From positions 90,080 through 154,079 of the forward strand of contig NW_015160909.1 in assembly GCF_001447785.1 (NCBI RefSeq): 64,000 nucleotides of DNA. The letters run 5' to 3'. Positions 1 to 13,410 of this stretch are shown here, in pieces; the stretch's first letter is position 1; each line of letters begins with the position of its first letter. The notes under the pieces are model-generated. The model was given only the letters and a program-made list of their open reading frames with translations. It made no database searches and was not told the origin of the DNA. The stretch is from Gekko japonicus. Its lineage: Eukaryota. Made by a program: the position numbers and the translations under genes.

Positions 1-2107
1 GGGCAAGGAACCCTAATGCTGACATAGCTCCCTGAAATAGTTCTCATCATTATTTTATAAATTGATATGCTTAGTTGTGTGTGTGTGGGTGTTTGTTTAA
101 AAAATATAACACTTATTAGAATTTTTAAATCATTTGCAGGTAGCTGTGAAGTTGCTGGTTCTATTGATTTTAATGAGGCACTGACTAACAATAGCCTTTA
201 AAAATTATTTTCTATTGATAACACAATGTTAGGCACACAATGCCTAAGGAGTTGAAAAACAGAACAAATTAGAATCGCTGTGTAAAATGGCTACAATGCC
301 TGTGGAGCACAAAGACAAATTTGAGGACTTTTATGCTTATACCATTTCATCGTTATCATTCAGAAGCTTGTCTTTTATGCTAGAGTGATTTCTGCTTCAC
401 TGTTTTGGATGTGTGTGTGTCACACACATGCATGCTTTGGTTCTTCTGCTTTACAATAGCTTGTTATCCATGTATGCCCCCCCCCCCCCCCCCCCCTTTT
501 TTCTTTCTGTCTAGCATTTCAGGATGTGAGTCACATTATTAAATGAGTGTAAATATGCTGTGGAAGCTAGCAAGCTCTGCAACGATGGGTGGGGGGGGGG
601 AGAGAGAGAGAAACAAAAGGCCCTTGAATAGAGCCTACCTCTCATTTGAAACACTTGGATCTTACATTAACAAGAAATTTAATCACAAGCAATATTGCTG
701 CATGTATTTGATGGGGTCTTCATCTTTGCACAGCTGGGTTTCTATCACGTACATTTGTATACTAGTGGCGAAAGAACATTCCACTCAGATTTAGAAGTGG
801 GGGCATAAGATTAGTGAATCTCCTTACATACATACACTTTTGGCAGCTTGTAGTCATAGTTATTCACAGTGCTTAGCAAAGGAAACTGCATTAAAGCAAG
901 CACTGCAATTCTAAGGGAATAGTGCCACAGAACAGACAGTACGGAAAACCTTTCTATCACTACTGGAGAGCAGTCTCCTGGTCTAGCAGGTTTCTTCAGC
1001 TGTCTCCCTATAATCTCTTGTGTTTAATTGATTTGAATTTTGAAGGAAAGGAAGAAGAGGACTGTGGCAAGGAGAAAAAGAACATATTTACCGGGCTCAA
1101 AATGATTTTTAGCTGAAACGACATAGGACAACTCTAAAAGGAGAGGTAATATAAAACAGGCTAGTTTGCATACAAAACTCTGCATAGATAAACTCTGAAT
1201 GGGGCCCTGGCAATCCAAACCTGTAGTGATTTGTGTGCCTTGACTGATTAATCCATAATAAAAAAGAATGTCTGAAAACCTCTTTCATTACTTTATCCTA
1301 CATGTGAGCTTTTGAGGGTAAGGTAGTTTTAGTGTTTAGAAGAATTTCTATTGGTTATATGTTAGGGATAACACATCCTCTATGTTCTTATGACTAAGAA
1401 TCAAGCAGTGACCTGGACACTGATTCAGTTGGAGTGAAACTGCGAAGTTCTGGGGGTCCTGGTGGCATAGGCTGCAGAAGAGATAGACATGGGCCACAAT
1501 TAAAAGTCCACTAACCAGGATTCCCTGAGTAATATCAGAATGTGATGTTCAGGCTCTACTTCTCCTACTCATACCACCAAATGAATTGTGTTTATACCAT
1601 CTAGAATTAATGGAACTTTAACTGATTGCAGAGGCTCCAGATGCAGAGACTGCACTGGTAAGGATCTTTGTTCCTCAAAGAAGGAATGAAGTCTACAAAA
1701 GCTAGGAGGATTAATGGGAGATACATTCTGACTGCAAATCATCTGGTCCATTTGTTTGGTGCCTCGGAATTGCCCTTGATTCTTCAGAGTTTGTTTCCTA
1801 CCCTGCTTCTGTTTCCTGATTCACAGGTACTTTTTAGTTCACAATAAACTATTGGGCACTTGCCCAGCTATGAAATAAATTACTCCTGCCAGTGACCCCA
1901 GATTGCTTATCGAGAAAGATCAGCCTGCTCATGTGTTTGGACCCATGGAATACCCACCTTGTATAGCACAGTTATGCCATAACTGAAGGGAAAGTATGGT
2001 AACAGCTTATGGTTTCGGACTAAGTTGCCTTTTGCCTAAAAGGAATAAGGAGGGCTGTAAAGCTAGTCTGGGCATGAGGGAACAGAAGGCATGATGGAAC
2101 AGCTTAT

Positions 2108-2312
2108 GATTAGTTTCAGAGGGTGGTCATGTTCGTCTGCAGTAGAGGGCTAGAATCGGGTCAAGTAGCACCTTAGAGACCGACAAGATTTTCAGGATAT
2201 GAGCTTTCGAGAGTCAAAGCTGGTCTCTGACAAAAGGAACTTTGGTTCTCTAAAGCTTATATCCCACATGTTTTGTTGGTCTCCCAAGTGAGCTTGACTC
2301 AACTCTAGCTTC
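2108..2312. mobile_element. Penelope-like palindromic (inverted pLTR-type) short element, degenerate
   Basis: Imperfect palindrome (gagtcaaagct...ctttggttctc; tagcaccttagagaccgacaag...ttgttggtctc). It resembles sauropsid Penelope-derived elements, from recall. Confidence 0.55.
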
Positions 2313-2340
2313 TGAATATATATTCTAATAATATTTATTC

Positions 2341-3087
2341 AAACCTAGCAGTTTGAAAGCAAGAAATTGCAAGTAGATAAATAGGTACCACTTTGGTGGG
2401 AAGGGAACAGTAAGTAAGTAAGTTTATTAAGAACAGTCATAAGACCAGCAAAATAGACCAAAATAGTACAGCACAGAATCTACAACATAGGATCCTTATG
2501 GCCTTAATTACTAAAATAACAAACCGGTCAATTCCATCATAACTGGCTCGAGTTACAATACATTCTGCGCTTTTTGATTACCAAGTAACAATATTTAGCA
2601 ACATTGCTTGTGACAGAATCATAAGTATCGGCCAATAAAAACTTCATCAAACAATCCTCATCATATGTAAGATAATGAGCCAGGGGGTTAAAACGTGAGA
2701 GAAGGGGTGTCAGCAACTGCTGTCTCTCTTCATCATACAAAGGGCAATGAAGTATTATATGGGAGGCAGACTCCACCTGTTCTAACAAACAGGAGCAAAT
2801 TCTCTGATGCATGGGGGTCCGGGTATATCTACCATAAAGTACTGCTGAGGGTAAAACATCGAGCCGTGCTCTAGTAAATGCCCATCTATAGTTAGGGTTT
2901 TTTATGAGCCCAAGGGAAGGTAACAGCGTTCCGTGCGCCTTGGTGTTTAGTCATGCCGACCACATGACCACAGAAATGTCTTCGGACAGCGCTGGCTCTT
3001 CAGCTTTGAAACGGAGATGAGCACCGCAACCCTAGAGTCGGACTCGACTGGCTTTCGAGCAAGGGAACCTTTACCTTTACCTTTACC
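2341..3087 (+). mobile_element. Sauria SINE (Squam1), 5'-truncated, interrupted by a LINE fragment at 2411-2913
   Basis: Body aacctagcagtttgaaagc...aataggtaccac...gtcatgccgaccacatgacc; (ACCTTT)n tail; matches the copies at 5075, 10061 and 56144. Confidence 0.9.
2411..2913 (-). mobile_element. 3' fragment of an RTE-X-like LINE
   Basis: ORF 2537-2812 has the zinc knuckle CSC...HIILHCPLY. AATAAA is followed by a (CTTA)n tail. TSD gggaaggNaacag at 2398-2410 and 2914-2926. Confidence 0.7.
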
Positions 3088-3697
3088 TCCACTCCAGATC
3101 CTAAAATTTCCATTCAAATATCTATAATCTTCTTTTAAATTCTAATGATCCTGCACTCATCTTTTTAAAATTTCTTCTTTTTCTCTCACCCTTTCTTGTT
3201 TTTTTTTTCTGTATTACCATTACTGGATGAAGTACTTGAGTTAAACCCTCTTTATAGGTGACTTTAGTACTCCCATTTACAAAATTTGCAACTGGAAAGC
3301 AGCCTTCCAATTATCCATTTCAGTCTTTGCTAGAAAGGATAAACATGTTTGTGAGAGAAAAGTCACACAAAAGTCACTGTACTGTAATGAATTGTCCTCT
3401 AAAGAATCTAAATTGGTTTTGGCCTCATCTCGGCATCTCTCATGGTTGACCAGTTTAGTATTCATGGTATCAGCTGATCTTTGAAGGTTATTGAGTCTGT
3501 CCTAGATTTTATGGGTCTTCAGGGCTAATCTTCTCAAGTAACTTTTGGGTGTGGGTGTGTTGACTCTACCAAATGGTGGCTTCAAAGAGAGCAGAGATTT
3601 AAAACAAGAGTGCAGGAATACAGGAAGATTGTGTCCTTAATCAGTCCTGCCTGTATCCCACATATCATCTTTACATCAAAGTACAACTGATTACTGC

Positions 3698-4311
3698 ATC
3701 ATGATCATCATCATGATCATCATCATCATCATCATCATCATCTTTCAATTTATTAATCGCTCAATCCTGCAGAGCTGCTGGCTCTGAGCGATTTACAGTT
3801 ACTCAAATACACACGGGACTAAGAATGATTCAAAGGGGTAAGGGAGGACAACATATAAATCTTTAAATCACACATGTTCACAGCCGACGGGGAGTTTGTT
3901 CAGCAGTAAGGTCAGACATGTTCCAATGGCATTTTTTCTCTCGGCATGGCTTGATGTCGTCAGCTTCCTCCAGGATTGCTTCAGTTGCAGTGCAGCACTG
4001 CCACCGCCTGGCCGGACGGCCCATTACAGGCTTTCTTGATGCCGAAGAGTTCTTTCTAGGCTTTTCGATTTCACTTGCTGGACCTTCCGTTTGCCGGCTA
4101 ACACCTCCCCCACCGGGGGGTTTAGTGTGCCCACCCTCTCTAAGGAGTTTTACCCATTTTATCTACTCGCTGAAGCTTTCGAACCGCTGGGTGGACGGCG
4201 AGCTGGGGACAAGGCTGGTAGCTCACACCAGCACGGGGCTAGAACTGACAGTAGTTCTTTTCAGCTCAGATGTTTTAACCAGAGGATAAATCCCCTGTGC
4301 CACCGCTCCCC
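3698..4311 (-). mobile_element. tRNA-headed composite SINE with LINE-like 3' tail ending in (ATG)n
   Basis: Head ggggagcggtggcacagggg on the minus strand. Central gctttcgaaccgctgggtgg resembles the Sauria SINE body. L2-type 3' end next to (CAT)n at 3698-3743. Confidence 0.55.
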
Positions 4312-5074
4312 TTCTACCTAACTGAACTGTATGATACCCCTTTTGATATTTCCTGCTTTCTTTCTGCAGCAAGCTTGTAAACCAAGTGTTTGTTTGACTT
4401 GTCAGATTTCTCTGCATTCAATATCAAGCTTCAGTCTTGGACTTCATTCTTTCCTTTTGAGCCTGACCTTTCCTAAGCCCATAAGAAGTAATGCATTACA
4501 CACAGGCCAATCCATAACTTCACAGAGATTTAAATCAACTTAAATCTAAGTTGTTAGGCCTAACTGAGTTGTGGATCAGGCTATTAATCTTCCTTGTGTG
4601 CTTATGGAAGTTTAAATTTTGTGTTTGTGGGGGGGGGGACCTGATACTTTTAAAGTAGTTCTGTGAGCATACAGAGTAAATCTTACAGGAAAAGAATGTA
4701 TCAATGGAATTGTATCAATGGAATTTTAACTATTTAAGCAGATTTTGTCATGTGTAAAAAATGTCCAGAATTGTCAAAGCCCCTCATAAAATGCAGCTGG
4801 GAATGCATGGGGGAATCACTGAGGCCCTTGCTGCACTCTTCCATGTTGCATTGTTGTACTGGGTCTGGAACACCTTTAGCAGAACTCTGGGGGAGAATGA
4901 TAGGTTCAGGAGCAGCTTTTGGGGGTCAGAAAGATCTACAACAAGACGCAGACGGGAGGGGAAGCCTCAGTGTACACCTGGAAAAATGCATGCTGGCCTT
5001 AACATTTATGTATGCTTTGCAAAGATAATATTAGGAAGGACATTGATTTCTAGTGTGGTATTTTTGGTCTCAGA

Positions 5075-5416
5075 GGCTGCGGTGGCTCAGTGGCTAAGAT
5101 GCTGGACTGCAGACTGGAAGGTCGGCAGTTCAGCAGTTCGAGACCCGAGTACCACATGATGGAATGAGCTCCCATCTCTGGTCCCAGCTTCTGCCAACCT
5201 AGCAGTTTGAAAGCAAGAAATTGCAAGTAGATAAATAGGTACCACCGGTGGGAAGGTAACAGCATTCTGTGCACCTTGGCATCTAGTCATGCCAGCCACA
5301 TGACCACAGAAACATCTTTGGGCAGCGCTGGCTCTTCAGCTTGGAAACAGAGATGAGCACCGCACCCTAGAGTTGGATTTGACAGGCTTTTGGGCAAGGG
5401 AAACCTTTACCTTTAC
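5075..5416 (+). mobile_element. Sauria SINE, near full length
   Basis: tRNA-like head (ggtggctcagtgg A box; gttcgagaccc B box), ACCTTT tail, 16-bp TSD tatttttggtctcaga at 5059-5074 and 5417-5432. Confidence 0.93.
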
Positions 5417-7368
5417 TATTTTTGGTCTCAGAAGTGTTGTGTGATGTGAAGTCAGGGATGTTGAGCAGGTCATAGAACTGAACTGCACATGTGTTGATGT
5501 TAAGTATTTTGAGCATTTCTAGCTTACAGCACTGAGCTTTTGGTTGATAATTCCAAGATCCCAATGGTATAAGGTACAGTAGATGACTCCTATGTTTTTC
5601 TCTTATTGACAAGTAGCTAGATGGGTAGAGAGTAGAGGCAGGCTGGCCATTTAACTTACAGGGAAAGTTCCCAGTGGGCCATATACCTGGGGGGCCAGTG
5701 ATAACCAAGAGCAAGCAGATCCAATCCTTGTTAGTTCTGCCAGTGTTGCTCAGTTAGAAGAACTCTTCAGTAGCAGCAATGATCAATGTCATCTCCTCAG
5801 TTGCCTCCTCTTGCCCCACAGGCAGTTGGTCAAGGTGGGAGAAGAGGAGTAGGTGAGCTGATAATGCATATTGTTGGCACTACTGGCCAGGTCTGAGTTC
5901 AGTGGCCTGCAGTGCTGGCTTGTAGCACCACAGAAGCCATTTAATTTGGCTTGCTCCTGGGCCATTTTCGTTTTCTTGCATGTCCTTGTCAGAGGGCTGT
6001 AAATAAGATGGAAGAAATGAGACTACTACTTCCTATTGTTCCACAAATGTGTGGCCCAAGTGCCTTTGCCCAATAAAGACACTGAGGTGAAATCTGAGTG
6101 AGGAAGATTAAAAAAAAAAATTACTGCAATAAAAGCAGAGCAAAGCCAATGCCTGTAACCAAGCTGCTCTGACCCCATCAGGGTAGTCAGATCTTTTATA
6201 CCCCTGTTGACACGCAAGCACATGTTGGTACATATACAAAGCTATTGGTTAGATTATATAGGAAAAATCATCACGAGAGCTACCTGTCTACTACCGTACA
6301 TATACTCCTTTCCAGGGAAAGGCCATATTGCCATCATTCCTTGGTCAAGAATTTATTGTGCGTGTGTGCCCAGCCAGTTGAATCAGGCTGGGGTCTCCAG
6401 GCCCCCACTCCTCTTGATATCATATTGATAGTAAAAACAAGAAAGCACAGCTTGGCTTTTGTAGATAAGAATGGAATGTGGCAAAGATGCTCCCTTCCCA
6501 GGCACCTGTACTGCTGGGCTGGGACATCCACTTGTTATCAGTCAAGCCTGACTGTATCCTAGCAACAAGTGAGGAACTTTAGCAGGTCTGTGTTGCATCT
6601 CTGGGCCTGTGTCTCACACTATGGATAGTTTTCCCAATAAAAATCATACCCAGCTGCCCTCCCCTTCCACTTGGGACTTCCCCCCCCCTCTACAGGACGG
6701 AACAGAGCTGGAAGGTGACTATGACCGGAAATGTCACCCCTCCCCCTGCCACTGCTTTGCTACACATGATATCCTGTGGCTGCATCTGATACTTTCAAGC
6801 TTTCTAAGACAAAATATAAAATTGGTTGTCTGAACTTTGTGATACCCATCATATCTCATTTGGGACACCTTGAATCAAACTCTGGACTGCTATAAAATTT
6901 AAATGGGCAATTTGGAGGAGTTTGTTTTTTCCTCTGTCCTCCCCACAAACCTGGAATGTAAACCTGGAATGTAAACAGCGATTAAACTAAGAGTGGTTGT
7001 TTTTTTTGCTGGATTTTAGTTAATATCATTTGTTTTGTTTTTATTATTTTTATTTTGTAAGCCACCTCAGACAGGTTCCTGGAGAGGCAGCATTAAACTA
7101 TTCTAAATAAGTACATAAAGTAATAAGGTTTAGAATCCTGGTTTAAGTGAAGGAAACAGACTAGGAACCTAAATGTAAACATCATGGCAAATTGAAGTTT
7201 TATTCAAGCTTTCTAGACCAGGAAGTGTTCACTCACACTCCATGTCATGTGGACTGATCGTTTAACTTACAGATTTCCTGTTTGGCCACTGGTGGCCAGC
7301 AGCAGGTAGTGCCCACCTCCAGCAATTTAGCTGATGCCTCAGAGGCCACTTGGCTTAGACCTTCATCA

Positions 7369-7655
7369 GAAGAAGAGAAGAAGAGAAGAGATGGGATTTA
7401 TACCCCGCCCTTCACTACTCAAGGGAGTCTCAGAGCGGCTTACAGACTCCTTTCCCTTCCTCTCCTCACAACAGACACCCTGTGAGGTAGGTGGGGCTGA
7501 GAGAGCTCTTGACAGAAACTGCTCTTTTTCAAGAACAGCTGTGCCAGAACTATGGCTTGCCCAAGGTCATCTAGCCAGGCGCGAGTGGAGGAGAGGGGAA
7601 TCAAACCTGGTTCTCCCAGATCAGAGTCCACGCACTTAACCACTACACCAAACTG
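7369..7655 (-). mobile_element. Squam3-type SINE
   Basis: Reverse complement of the cagtttggtgtagtggttaag head; ctctctcagccccacctacctcacagggtgtctgttgtg body; (CTT)n-type tail. Confidence 0.88.
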
Positions 7656-7929
7656 CAATCAGCAATTACTATTGGTGTCAGCTCACCAGTTGTCTCCTCC
7701 TGCCCTGTTGCCAGTTTAGGGGAGAAAACAGTCGGTGAGCTAATGCCCATTGTTGGCCCCACTGAGCTGAGTAGCCCTGAAGAACTGACTTGTAGCACAG
7801 CATGGAGCCACCCAACTGGGCTTCTTCCTGGGCCATTTGCACTTCCCAGTGCACTCCTGCTCTGTATGTGAGGATGGAGACGCAAAGGCAGTGTGTGAAC
7901 ACAACAAGCAACAATGTTGTGGGTTGGAT

Positions 7930-8390
7930 CCCATGGAGTATTTCTAATGATGGAAGCATTTTCTTCCATCAAGCTCCCAGCATTCGATGGGGCTCCATTG
8001 GTCCCAACATCGAGGGTGAAGAGCCCGAGGGTGTTCCTGGATACTTCCCTTTCTTTGGAGGCCCAGGTCACTGCCACTGTGAGGGCTGCCTTTTTCCATC
8101 TGAGGCAGATCAGGCAGTTGGCCCCATATCTCATCCCCCAAAACTTAGCTACAGTGATCCATGCAATGGTCACTTCCAGACTGGATTATTTAATTCTCTC
8201 TATGTGGGACTGCCCTTGACTCTGCTCCAGAAGCTGCAGCTAGTGCAGAAAGTGGCAGCAAAGATGTTGACGGCGATGCCTATGTGGGCTTATATCCACC
8301 CAGTGCTGCGTGAACTGCACTGGCTGCCTATTGAATTCCGGATCTGTTTCAAGGTGCTGGTACTTACCTTTAAAGCCCTATATGGCCATT
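7930..8390 (+). mobile_element. L2 LINE ORF2 C-terminal fragment
   Basis: Frameshifted L2 motifs AFFHLRQIRQL, IHAMVTSRLDY, KLQLVQ, LHWLPIEFRICFKVLVLTFKAL. Confidence 0.88.
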
Positions 8391-9781
8391 TACTAGTTAA
8401 ATGCCAGTCGAAAGTTGGCAGGGAGGGTGGGGAGAGAAGCAGACAATTTCTGTACCTCTTGTTTGTAACATTCTCTCCAAACCATCAGCAGCAATAGATC
8501 TTCCAAACTATACAGGATATGGAAAAGAAATACAGTAAATTCTTTGAAAAAGATGTTAATAAAGCATTTTATTTAACAAATTATGTGTGTAAGTAATGAA
8601 ATTAAGGATTACAGTTCCCATAACAACCATAGCTATAGCTCAATGCACATGCTGTTAACCTTTAATACCACAAAAATTATCTAAGCAACATGTAATGGGA
8701 AAATGGGTTGTGGTTGCTGGAAAATTAGCTTTGCTAAATTTCCCATTTGAAGGGTACTTTTATTCAACTTATAATTTGAATATTTTAAAATTTGAATAGT
8801 AGCTTTTGTTTTATTTCTACTTATGAATTGCAACAAATCAACTGGGTAAAATGCCATAAAATATAGTTTCCTATGATTTTACTAAATGGTAAAAACAGAC
8901 TTAGCACTAGATAGTGGTAATGATAAAGGTACCCAAAGAACCATAGAAACACCAGGGAATTAAAAATCAAATTAATTAAAAATAGCAAGGACTTTCGCAC
9001 CTATATGACACCAGTATTGCTTAGCATTGGGATGTTAGCCCTGCATCAGCAAATGCTGGGAGATTTGGGGGAGGGTGGCGTTTCAGGGGATGTGATGTCA
9101 CATTATCTGTGACACTCTAGGAATTTCTGCTATCTCTGTGATGAAGACCAATTACCTGATTCTTCTGAGTGACACTATACTGTAGGAATCCTGCAATATT
9201 GTGGCTTTACTATAGAGGTTGGAGAAATCCCTAAAGCATCAGTATCAATGCTATCCCATTTTTTTCTCCTGCTCTTCAAATAACCAAAGGAGGGGATTGG
9301 GGCTGAGGGGGGAGGGTTGGCCACTGCAGATAACTGGCAAACCTAGCTTGAGGGGAACTTGTCAAGGATAGCATTTGAAAGCCACAGTGCAATTAACAAA
9401 AAGTCACTCTCCCTGATCACTGCCATCTCAGTTGGTGGGGGAACCTAGAGAAGGGCCCCAAATGGGGGGGGAAGGTTCATATGGGAATTTTAGATATTGC
9501 AGGCCTAACCTAATAAGGTCTTTGTCAAATAAACGATCAAGAAGTCAGTGTCAATCATGATAATGAAAGGATAATATATATAGGGCAGTGTGCCCCTCTC
9601 AATCCCTTTTGGTAGCATTTCGGATCAATTGAAATGTCTAAGATGTGTTAAAAAACAGCACTATATATATCCTATCATAGTAACCTTTGACATTCTTAAT
9701 ACAAGAGGTGGCTTCCACAGTTGTTTGTGAGGAGGTGACAAAGTCAATTAGGGATGTTTTGGGTTTGCATAATTTAAAGAT

Positions 9782-10022
9782 CAAATACTTTGGCCACCAA
9801 ATGAGAAGGGACCACTCACTGGAGAAGACCCTGATGCTGGGAAAGACAGAAGGTCAAAGAAGAAGGGGACAGCAAAGGATGAGATGGTTAGACAGTGTCA
9901 CTGATGCAACGAACATGAAATTGAGCAAACTTCAGCGGGTGGCAGAAGACAGGAGGGCCTGGCATGATCTGGTCCATGGAGTCGCGAAGAGTCGGACTCA
10001 ACTGTGCGACTGAACAACAACA
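9782..10022 (+). mobile_element. BovB (RTE) LINE 3' end
   Basis: KYFGHQMRRDHSLEKTLMLGK...RMRWLDSV; (CAA)n tail; TSD aatttaaagat at 9771-9781 and 10023-10033. Confidence 0.93.
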
Positions 10023-10060
10023 AATTTAAAGATAATTTTGAAAATCTTTAATAATGGGTA

Positions 10061-10289
10061 AAAGGTAAAGGTTCCGTTGCTCAAAAGCCAGTCGAATCCG
10101 ACTCTAGGGTTGCGGTGCTCATCTCCGTTTCAAAGCCGAAATGCCAGCGCTGTCCGAAGACGTTTCCGTGGTCATGTGGCCGGCATGACTAAACACCAAG
10201 GTGCACGGAACGCTGTTACCTTCCCACTTAAGTGGTACCTATTTATCTACTTGCAATTTCTTGCTTTCGAACTGCTAGGTTGGCAGGAG
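10061..10289 (-). mobile_element. Sauria SINE, 5'-truncated
   Basis: aaaggtaaagg tail and Sauria body on the minus strand; TSD ttaataatgggta on both sides. Confidence 0.9.
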
Positions 10290-10817
10290 TTAATAATGGG
10301 TAGGTTAATGGAAAACATTTGTGAGGTTGCTGGAAATCAGTTCATGATTTATTTATTTAAATTTGTATCCCGTCCTCCTTGCCAAGGCGGGCTCAGGGCG
10401 GCTTACATCTTGTTTTTCAGCTGCACTAAAACTTCCTGTACAAACAAGATTCAATCAATATGCCATGTTGAATTGATGGCTGGAGGGATAGCCAGGATCA
10501 TGTCTGCTGGGTCCTTGCATTTTTGCAGAATACAGATCGCACCTACACCACGTGTGATAGAAGCTGGTATGTGGAGCTAATGGACAGGGCCAACAGACAT
10601 GAATCTTTTTCCGTGGATTCATTGTATGCATCATGTTGTCTGTCTTACTAAGGCTAATAATCTTGATGTTGATAGTGTAATAGTGTTGCAGCTTACCACA
10701 CAGGTATATGTGTGAAATGGCACCTTGTGAGGTGGATGTTTAATTTGCACTCTGGAAGGTTAACCTCAGATTTTCTTCACAAAAGGTAGACTGATTTTTC
10801 TATCTAGCTTCAAGTCT

Positions 10818-11096
10818 GCCAGTTTGGTGTAGTGGTTAGGAACATGGACTCTAATATGAGAGACCTGGGTTTGATTCCCCATTCCTCCACATGCAGCTGC
10901 TGGTGTGACCTTGGGTCAGTTACAAGTTCTTTCAGAGCTGTTATTTCATGAGCATTTCTCGAAGGAGCTCTCTCAGCCCCACCTACCTTACAGGGTGTCT
11001 GTTGTGGGGAGGGGAAGGGAAAGGAGTTTATAAGCCACTCTAAGACTCCTTCGAGTAGTGAAGGGTGGGGTATAAATCCAGTTTCCTCCTCCTCCA
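10818..11096 (+). mobile_element. Squam3-type SINE
   Basis: Same head, body and tail as the other Squam3 copies. Confidence 0.88.
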
Positions 11097-11282
11097 AATA
11101 TGTGGAGGATGGCTTTCCAAATGTTATGTCCCAAACCAACAGAACAAAAGAGACATATCCCTGTATCCTCTGGACTCATGAGCAATGGAATCATAGATAT
11201 TCTCTTAGAGACTAGAAATTTTTCATCAGATAAGGTAGAAAGAGGCTAATGGTGCTATAAATCTGAGAGGATTTATAGAAAC

Positions 11283-11594
11283 TAGGGTTGCCAAATCCTG
11301 AAACCTTACCGGCAGGGGAGGCTCCGTCCCGGTCGGGAGCCGGCTGTGTGCGTGTGCGACGTCACCGGAAGTGACGTCAGACATTGCTGACGTTGGGGGC
11401 ATGGCCGAGCTCGTCGGGGGGGAAACATATGGTTCCCCCTCCCCGATGAGCTCAGCCATGCCCCAAACGTCAGCAACGGGGCTGCGTCACCTCTGGTTGC
11501 CCAGGGGGAACCCCGCCCCCCGATTCCGCCGGGGCGGAACTCGGGGCTCCAAAGCGGGGGATTCCCCGCCCCCCCGGGTCATTTGGCAACCCTA
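11283..11594. mobile_element. hAT (Blackjack-like TIR) MITE
   Basis: TIR tagggttgccaaat/atttggcaacccta, perfect 8-bp TSD atagaaac (11275-11282, 11595-11602), long internal palindrome, CpG-rich. Confidence 0.92.
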
Positions 11595-12700
11595 ATAGAA
11601 ACAGGAAATTTTGATTAGGGATGGATTGGCAATTATGGCCAATGGAAAAAGTATATGGTGGTCATAAGTCAGACAAGACTCTCCTTGCCTTCTCTGTGGT
11701 GGTCCCATTGCAAGAGAAAACTCTCCTCACATTGTCTGCAGTGGCCCAGCACAAGGGGAAGCCCACATGAGACAGCCCTAGCCTGGCTGAGTGAACCACA
11801 GCCACTAGCCAGTCCCCACTCTGTGGTGAAGCACAAGGCCCTTTCCCTTGACTGTTTTGACTTTCAAGTCCACCCCTCGACTTGATTATGAAATGGGAAA
11901 GTTTTAGAAAGAGTAGACAGTATCAGTTTTCAGAAATGTTTGGGAAAGTCTAGCAAAGGCATGGCTTGGCTGAAATGGCTTCATGAGAAGGCCTAGAGCA
12001 GCAGTCTTTTAAGAGTTAGAAATAGAAAAATTATTGTTTCTAGAACAGTACACTTCTAAAAACATCTTTATGTTAATTTTAATAAATGGAATCTTATTTC
12101 TTTTGGGGTAATGTGAAGTGGAACAAGACTATAGAGATGAATCTAGGATCTAGCAGCTTGGGACCTAGATCAACTTAACAAGCCCCGTATCCCTCTGTGG
12201 TAGAACTAGTTGCCTGCGGGGTCTGCCTTACCACAGGCAGCAAAACTATAATTAAAATTGTTGAGGCAGATTACAGATTACAGTCAGGTTGATTTGATCA
12301 GAAATCAATTAAGCACTCTGATATTGAAAGAGACTGTCAATATTGTCTCCGGCTGTTCTGCTTCCTGAACAAGTCAGTTTGCACATTTCATAGTTTGAAT
12401 TATGAAGAAAGCTGACAATGTGTCAAAAACTGCATTTCCCTATCCATTGTAATAATTTTGCTGCTAAATGAAAGAATTGACACTGGAAATCTCGAAGCAT
12501 CTTAAAGGGGGGGGCAGGCTTCATAGATGTTTCATATTCAAAAAGCTCCAGATAATATTTTAATATTTGGTTGTCAACCCATAACATAAGTGTTTAGTTG
12601 CAGTGTGTAGTTGACAGGAGCACGGTAAGAAATCTGATGATGATGGTGCCAAATTAGATGCATTTCATAATGATACTGTGCCTTTTTTCATTTCTTTGAA

Positions 12701-12984
12701 GAGCCAGTTTGGTGTAGTGGTTAAGTGTGCCGACTCTAATCTGGGAGAACCGGGTTTGATTCCCCACTCATCCACTTGCACCTGGCTGGATGACCTTGGG
12801 CAAGCCGTAGTTCTGATAATGAACTGTTCTTGAAAAAGAGCAGTTTCTGTCAAGAGCTCTCTCAGCCTCACCTACCTCACAGGGTGTCTGTTGTGGGGAG
12901 GGGAAGGGAAAGGAGTTTGTAAGCCGCTCTGAGACACCTTTGGGTAGTGAAGGGCAGTGTATAAATCCAATCTCTTCTTCTTCT
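12701..12984 (+). mobile_element. Squam3-type SINE
   Basis: Full tRNA-like head, body and (CTT)n tail. Confidence 0.9.
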
Positions 12985-13410
12985 AATGATTTTCTGCTCT
13001 TCCTGAATTAAGCTCTTGCAGTAACACTATTAGTTAAGTGTGTACAAACATGTATGCCTGCATGTATAGAAAGTTAAATTGCAGTGCCTTCCCTTTGCCT
13101 TCTGATGGTCCAGTACTACTTCTCTGTGTTTGTGTGTGTGTGTGTGATAGGCATATATATATATGATAGGCAGGAGACATATTGGACAGCCCAAGTTATA
13201 ACTGATCTACAAGGGCTTGTTAGCTTTTAAAATTGCATTTTTCATACTGATATGACCTACATTCCTCAAGAAGACAACTCAGGGTAGATCCCGGTGCATT
13301 TTAAATCAAGGTATTCAAACAATATTATATTCATACTCTCACTACCTGTCTATCACTTGAATGCAAATGTTATCCATGTCCCAGCACTTAGTACATTTGT
13401 TTACCTTTAT

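Noticed and set aside
496-531. Possible tiny exon before gtgagt
   Set aside because: The candidate lengths (11 or 3 nt) are ambiguous and the tract adjoins a poly-C run.
5075-5150. tRNA gene
   Set aside because: SINE head; no complete cloverleaf.
6262-6381. Peptide-like frame EKSSRELPVYYRTYTPFQGKAILPSFLGQEFI with possible splice sites
   Set aside because: Weak acceptor and donor; no recognisable protein.
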